From: Spirochaetota bacterium
GTDB taxonomy: Bacteria > Spirochaetota > UBA4802 > UBA5550
Assembly (NCBI GenBank): GCA_050298055.1
Contig: JBNKTL010000025.1
Coordinates: forward strand, 1 to 64,000
Direction: 5' to 3'
Length of the DNA stretch: 64,000 nucleotides
Below the pieces are notes generated by a model, which saw nothing but the letters and a program-made list of their open reading frames with translations, had not been told where the DNA came from and did no database searches. This document shows, in pieces, positions 59,620 to 64,000 of the stretch (positions are counted from its first letter, which is position 1; each line of letters begins with the position of its first letter). Both the position numbers and the translations under genes were made by a program.

Positions 59620-59856
59620 TTAAATTTTATTTGAGAGTAGATTATCTGCTCTATATACTGTTCCCTTTTTTTTTGTTTATGGATATGGCCTTTCAACAAT
59701 TATATGATTAAATGCAAAAGGGATTGAACGGCTATTGAGTTCCATTTGCAAACCTGATACCAGGAGACTTACAATATTTGCCTCGACATTTCCCGAATGC
59801 TGATGGCTGGATAATATTAATTCTGGAAGCTTGAAAAATGCATTTTCAATTAGCAT
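59620..59856 (-). pseudogene. Truncated PD-(D/E)XK nuclease-like gene with an internal stop
   Basis: Manual translation MLIENAFFKLPEL...EANIV..LQMELNSRSIP...VERPYP*TKKKGTVYRAD; in-frame TAA at 59677-59679. Confidence 0.5.
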
Positions 59857-59905
59857 TGTATAAACGATTTCCTTGTAGTTTAATTATAAACCGGTATTTC
59901 ATCTA

Positions 59906-60475
59906 CTACCCCTGAACCTCCCCGTACCTGAAACAGTCCGTGGTATGGTCATTGACCATCCCCGTTGCCTGCATATGGGCGTAAACGATGGTTGAACCCA
60001 CGAATTTGAATCCTCTCTTCTTCAAATCCCTGCTGATCCTGTCCGATAATTCGGTCTTTGCGGGAATCTCGGATATTGATTTGAACCTGTTTATCACAGG
60101 TTTCCCCCCGGTAAAAGCCCAGATATACCTGCCGAAGGAACCGAATTCCTCCCGGACCCGGATAAAAGCCCGGGCATTGGTTTTTGCGGCGTTTACTTTC
60201 AGCTTATTACGGATGATACCCTCGTCCAGGAGAAGTGCATCGATTTTCTTTTGGTCGTATTCCGCGATTATGTTATAGTCAAAATGATCAAATGCCCGGC
60301 GAAAGTTCTCCCGTTTTTTCAGGATAGTGAGCCAGCTGAGCCCGGCCTGAAATCCTTCGAGGATCAGAAACTCAAAGATGGTTTTGTCATCGTAGACGGG
60401 AACTCCCCACTCTTCATCGTGGTACCTGTGGTAAAGAGGATTTGAATCCGCCCACTGGCATCGTATTTTACTCAT
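59906..60475 (-). CDS. tag: DNA-3-methyladenine glycosylase I
   Basis: RCQW..YHDEEWG..EGFQAGLSW..IIRNKLK..GFKFVGST..NDH..C. Confidence 0.96.
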   Translation of the reverse strand: MSKIRCQWADSNPLYHRYHDEEWGVPVYDDKTIFEFLILEGFQAGLSWLTILKKRENFRRAFDHFDYNIIAEYDQKKIDALLLDEGIIRNKLKVNAAKTNARAFIRVREEFGSFGRYIWAFTGGKPVINRFKSISEIPAKTELSDRISRDLKKRGFKFVGSTIVYAHMQATGMVNDHTTDCFRYGEVQG

Positions 60476-60560
60476 TGTAATTCACTCAAAAAGGACCCTG
60501 ATAAAAAAAATGTCGGGGCTGCCTGATCTTCACAGGCAGATAATTTTACAGAGCGCCCGC

Positions 60561-61544
60561 TTACAGCAGTCTCTTCATCCTCTTGATCTGCCTTCCCTCG
60601 AAGATCCCCTCATCCAGAAAGTAATTCCTGATATCCCTGGGGATGAACTTGAAGAGATTTTCCGTGATGACGAATGTTCCCGGTTTTGCGAATTTCTGGC
60701 CCAAGTGAAATACGGAGTTAACGGAATCGGAGACCACTTCTCCCGTATTCCCCCTTTCCTTGTACTCGATATTGCCGATGTGAAGGGCGGTCCTGAATGA
60801 AAGAGAATCGTCATAGCTGAACTCTTCCGCCATGATGATCCTGATATCCATATAGAATTTGAATATTGAGAGCAGGGGATGACATTTCGTTCCGTCAAAG
60901 GGGAAAAGGAGAAGACCGCCAAAATCCATCCAGATCCAGACCCTTCCGTTGATCTGTGAGAACTTTCGCGCAACCAGGTCCCGGAATTCTGAAACAAATT
61001 TTCCGGTGTTAATATCACCATATTTCCCCTTGATCTCCCCCTGGTTATCAAGCTCGATAAACATGAGGCAGAAGCTGTATTCCCGCTCCGGTTTGATCTC
61101 TTTCCAGTCGGTCCCCGATGAGATGAAGTTCTCGAATACGGTTTCATCCTCCGGGGTCCCCGCCTCTTCGCCGTGGATTGTCTTTATATAATCAAGTACA
61201 GCTTTTATTCTCTTTAAAGAAATTTTACTCTTTAGCTGCTCTTTGCCTATATAGTCTGCGGCCCCGGAGTGAAAGATATCCGCCACATCTTTAACGATCC
61301 CCTTTGGGTCGATGATCCCGAAATAGACATTTTCAAGTTTTGAGAGAAGAGAGATGTTTTTTTTCAGTTCGGGATGCGTGAGTTTTCCCGCATCGAGGTA
61401 GACCAGGGATTCCTTATCGATCTCCCTGATCTTTTTTTTCATGCAGGCGGGAGGTTCAACGGTAACGCTGTTTCCCTTTGATTTCCCGATGGCGGAAAAG
61501 AGATCTTCAATTTTACTGTTATCGGTAAAGATGAAAAGCTGCAT
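60561..61544 (-). CDS. REC-like domain + degenerate class III nucleotide cyclase domain
   Basis: IFHSGAADYIGK (REC-like); GRVWIWMDFGGLLLF, FRTALHIG, SDSVNSVFHL, AKPG. Confidence 0.8.
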   Translation of the reverse strand: MQLFIFTDNSKIEDLFSAIGKSKGNSVTVEPPACMKKKIREIDKESLVYLDAGKLTHPELKKNISLLSKLENVYFGIIDPKGIVKDVADIFHSGAADYIGKEQLKSKISLKRIKAVLDYIKTIHGEEAGTPEDETVFENFISSGTDWKEIKPEREYSFCLMFIELDNQGEIKGKYGDINTGKFVSEFRDLVARKFSQINGRVWIWMDFGGLLLFPFDGTKCHPLLSIFKFYMDIRIIMAEEFSYDDSLSFRTALHIGNIEYKERGNTGEVVSDSVNSVFHLGQKFAKPGTFVITENLFKFIPRDIRNYFLDEGIFEGRQIKRMKRLL

Positions 61545-62468
61545 CTACTTCTCCCATTCAAGTTTGTACCTGTAGTATTTTTTCCGGGGGCCAATGTCAA
61601 TGGGCGTCATGCTGTCAGCCAGAATGGGATCGAGGTTGATCCACGCGGTATCGCTGATTGTCACGGTGTTGGGCTCCGTGTACTTCGATTCTATTTCAAT
61701 GATATTTTTAATGGTTTCACTGTCCTTTATAATTTCTTCACTTTCGGTATATTCACAGGCGCCGGTATGTACGGCGACCCTTAGTTCCACATGTTGTTTG
61801 AGTTTACATTCCAGGCAGTTGTAGAGAAAGACCCTGTTAATGATCTCCATGGCGGAAAGCATTGCCTTCTGGTTGCGGTTTGAAAAATGAAAGGCAACAA
61901 GTCCCCCGTCTCCCTCCCAGCTCCAGATTCTTCCATGCCTTTTAATCACAGTCTCTTTGACTATTTCATGGAGGTCGGAATATGTTGATTTTATTGTATT
62001 GTACGGATATTTTTTTACCAGCTTTGTGTTTCCCACAATGTCCAGTCTCAGGAAAGTGAAGATATAGTCTTCACCCTCCAGTAAAACACCCCAGTTCCTG
62101 GTTATTCTGAGGCTGGGGTCTTCCACGAACATCCTGTTTTTTTTGTCATAGAGATATCCGTAATCCTGGATCTCCCTTATCAGGTTCCCGATATTGTTGA
62201 CAGGGTATTTCCTCCCCGTAAGGCCGTTATAATGAACATCTACAAGGAGTGACACAAATTGTGTAAAGAGGTTGTTGGCCTTAATATCACTGACAATCTG
62301 CCGGGCCGCCTCTGTTTTCTGAATGGGGATGTTCTCGGGGATCCCGGTCCTTTTATGAAAATCATATCCCTGAATTAAATGGTTGATGATGACCTTCATA
62401 ATCTGAATGCTGAACGACTCTATGAGAGTTTTCGTGAGGAGAGAATATGTGCTTGTTTTGATCTTCAT
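61545..62468 (-). CDS. Class III nucleotide cyclase domain protein with helical N-terminal domain
   Basis: FLRLDIVGNT, GRIWSWEGDGGLVAF, LRVAVHTG, EPNTVTIS. Confidence 0.85.
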   Translation of the reverse strand: MKIKTSTYSLLTKTLIESFSIQIMKVIINHLIQGYDFHKRTGIPENIPIQKTEAARQIVSDIKANNLFTQFVSLLVDVHYNGLTGRKYPVNNIGNLIREIQDYGYLYDKKNRMFVEDPSLRITRNWGVLLEGEDYIFTFLRLDIVGNTKLVKKYPYNTIKSTYSDLHEIVKETVIKRHGRIWSWEGDGGLVAFHFSNRNQKAMLSAMEIINRVFLYNCLECKLKQHVELRVAVHTGACEYTESEEIIKDSETIKNIIEIESKYTEPNTVTISDTAWINLDPILADSMTPIDIGPRKKYYRYKLEWEK

Positions 62469-62618
62469 TGGCGTTTATCATGAAATATAAAGGCCAGTTT
62501 TGTCAAATAATTATTGTAATCGTGTCTATATGAAACATTTACTCCCCTTTTCACATTAACTGTCAAGAAAGCCTCTTTTATGAACGATAAGTAATAAAAG
62601 GGACCTCAATAAAGAAGA

Positions 62619-63143
62619 ATGCTCATGAATGACCAGGGGATAACTATGAAAGTTCAAAAGGTTTTTACCGGATTTATCACTCTTCTTATTTTTACCGGTT
62701 TTACCGTTGTTACCGGCTGTTCAAAGAAAATTGTACGGACGGGGAGCGGAAAGACCGTGGACGCTGCGGGAAATACCGTTACTTCACCGGAAGAGATACT
62801 GAAGTATACCGGAACATACAGGGTTGAACTTCCGGGATACAAAGGGATCTTAACACTGAGATATAACAGGGAGTCGGGAAAGTCCACGGGAGAGATACTC
62901 TTTCCCGGCTGGGGAACGGGGAAACCGCAGCCTCTGAAAAAACTGAGCATTAAGGATGACAGGATATACTTCGAAAGGTCCGTGGAAACAGCGGCAGAAC
63001 TCAGGGAGTACGGGGGGTCCCGGTATTTCAGGCAGAAGTATTACGGAAAGTTTTCCCGTGACAGGTCCGAGGTCAAGGGAGAGTTTACGGATTCAGGCGC
63101 CGTTTATAACTGGAGGGCCGGGAGACAGGGGTCCCGGGATTGA
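62619..63143 (+). CDS. Putative lipoprotein
   Basis: Signal with VTGC lipobox-like motif; beta-rich body; start probably 62646. Confidence 0.75.
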   Translation: MLMNDQGITMKVQKVFTGFITLLIFTGFTVVTGCSKKIVRTGSGKTVDAAGNTVTSPEEILKYTGTYRVELPGYKGILTLRYNRESGKSTGEILFPGWGTGKPQPLKKLSIKDDRIYFERSVETAAELREYGGSRYFRQKYYGKFSRDRSEVKGEFTDSGAVYNWRAGRQGSRD

Positions 63144-64000
63144 AGAGGATCGCGGTTATCGGGGGAGGGGCCTCGGGTCTTATGGCCGCGTGTCACGCGG
63201 CGGGAGAGGGGAGAAGCGTTGTTCTCTTTGAAAAACAGAAAAAACCGGGGCGGAAGATCCTGGCCACAGGGAACGGCAGGTGCAACATAACAAACAGAAA
63301 CCTCGATCCCCGGAGGTATCACGGGGGAAACCCGAAAATTGTCCACAGTATCTTCTCAAAATTCGGCTACCCTGAAACAGAGGATTTTTTTCTTTCAATA
63401 GGGCTTCCCTTTTCCGAGGGAAAAAACGGGAGAATGTATCCCTCGTCGTTCCAGGCGTCATCGGTTGTAAACCTTCTGCTTTACAGGCTCAAGAGAGCGG
63501 GTGTTGCCGTGAGTCTCCATAGAATGATCAGGGAGATTATACCGGGGAATGACGGGTTCAGGCTCATCACCCCGGGCCGGGAAGAACACCATTTCGATTC
63601 GGTGATACTTGCATCGGGAGGATGTTCCTATCCCCAGCTGGGAGGGAACAGGAGCGGCTACGATATGGCGGAGAAACTGGGTCACACACTTGCGGACCCT
63701 TTTCCCGCTATCCTTCCCATTAATATTCCCCTTAAATCGGTCCACAGGCTCCAGGGAGTAAAATGGGAGTGCGGGGTGGAGCTTCTTGAAAAGGGAAAGA
63801 GCGTTGTCTCCTCAACAGATGAGCTCCTCTTCACAGGTTTCGGACTGTCGGGGATTGCGGCACTGGATATCTCCCGACAGGTGAACATGCTGGTTCTTGA
63901 GGGAAAAGACCCGGAAATCAGTATCGATTTTTTCCCCGGATTGAATGAACAGGAACTTGACGTTCTCATGGAAAGGCTCTGGGAGGATGAGAATAAAAAG
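63140..64000 (+). CDS. HI0933/BaiN-family flavoprotein (partial, runs off the window)
   Basis: Not in the ORF track; TTG 63140 gives MKRIAVIGGGASGLMAA..GRKILATGNGRCNITN..GRMYP..LASGGCSYPQLG..ELLFTGFGLSG. Confidence 0.92.
   Translation, partial: MKRIAVIGGGASGLMAACHAAGEGRSVVLFEKQKKPGRKILATGNGRCNITNRNLDPRRYHGGNPKIVHSIFSKFGYPETEDFFLSIGLPFSEGKNGRMYPSSFQASSVVNLLLYRLKRAGVAVSLHRMIREIIPGNDGFRLITPGREEHHFDSVILASGGCSYPQLGGNRSGYDMAEKLGHTLADPFPAILPINIPLKSVHRLQGVKWECGVELLEKGKSVVSSTDELLFTGFGLSGIAALDISRQVNMLVLEGKDPEISIDFFPGLNEQELDVLMERLWEDENKK

Noticed and set aside
60561..62468. Cyclase pair as a Pycsar anti-phage system
   Set aside because: No adjacent cNMP-binding TM or TIR effector; neighbours are housekeeping-like and base composition looks native
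1..64000. tRNA, rRNA, transposase or integrase genes
   Set aside because: None recognised by eye; tRNAscan-SE and Rfam were not run, so small RNAs could have been missed

Overview
Bacterial chromosomal window of moderate GC. The gene set (aat-clpA-clpS, class II DAHP synthase, eukaryote-type IMPDH, WGR/LRR and ankyrin proteins, tungsten AOR) is compatible with an anaerobic free-living spirochaete of the Leptospirae side; this is inference only. The first ~35 kb is mostly housekeeping and signalling: FadH-like oxidoreductase, two NarL-type two-component clusters, N-degron genes, guaB-tadA-sua5-tmk, sppA, a degenerate GGDEF protein, a FadL-family porin and csoR-copA. From ~35 kb it is accessory-looking: DUF1778/GNAT toxin-antitoxin pair, split glutamate-synthase-like cluster, AT-rich ATPase + TOPRIM-like pair, three ankyrin proteins, a WGR-SUKH-LRR-TPR mosaic, AOR-MoaD, tag, two gene remnants and a pair of class III cyclase-like genes. 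I saw no rRNA, tRNA, CRISPR array, integrase or transposase. Best leads: (1) an adjacent pair of class III nucleotide-cyclase genes with reciprocal catalytic defects, suggesting an obligate C1/C2-like heterodimer with non-canonical base specificity; (2) a five-copy ~110-140 bp MITE family with GTAAC-type ends and a central GC hairpin, one copy with a perfect 8-bp target duplication (IS66-like); (3) phased TGTAGG-N6-CCTACA boxes beside a GacA/UvrY-like regulator, one set upstream of a candidate ~220-nt sRNA; (4) a ~220-bp direct duplication bracketing a secreted six-cysteine cationic miniprotein. All family assignments come from motif recognition by eye; no database search was run.
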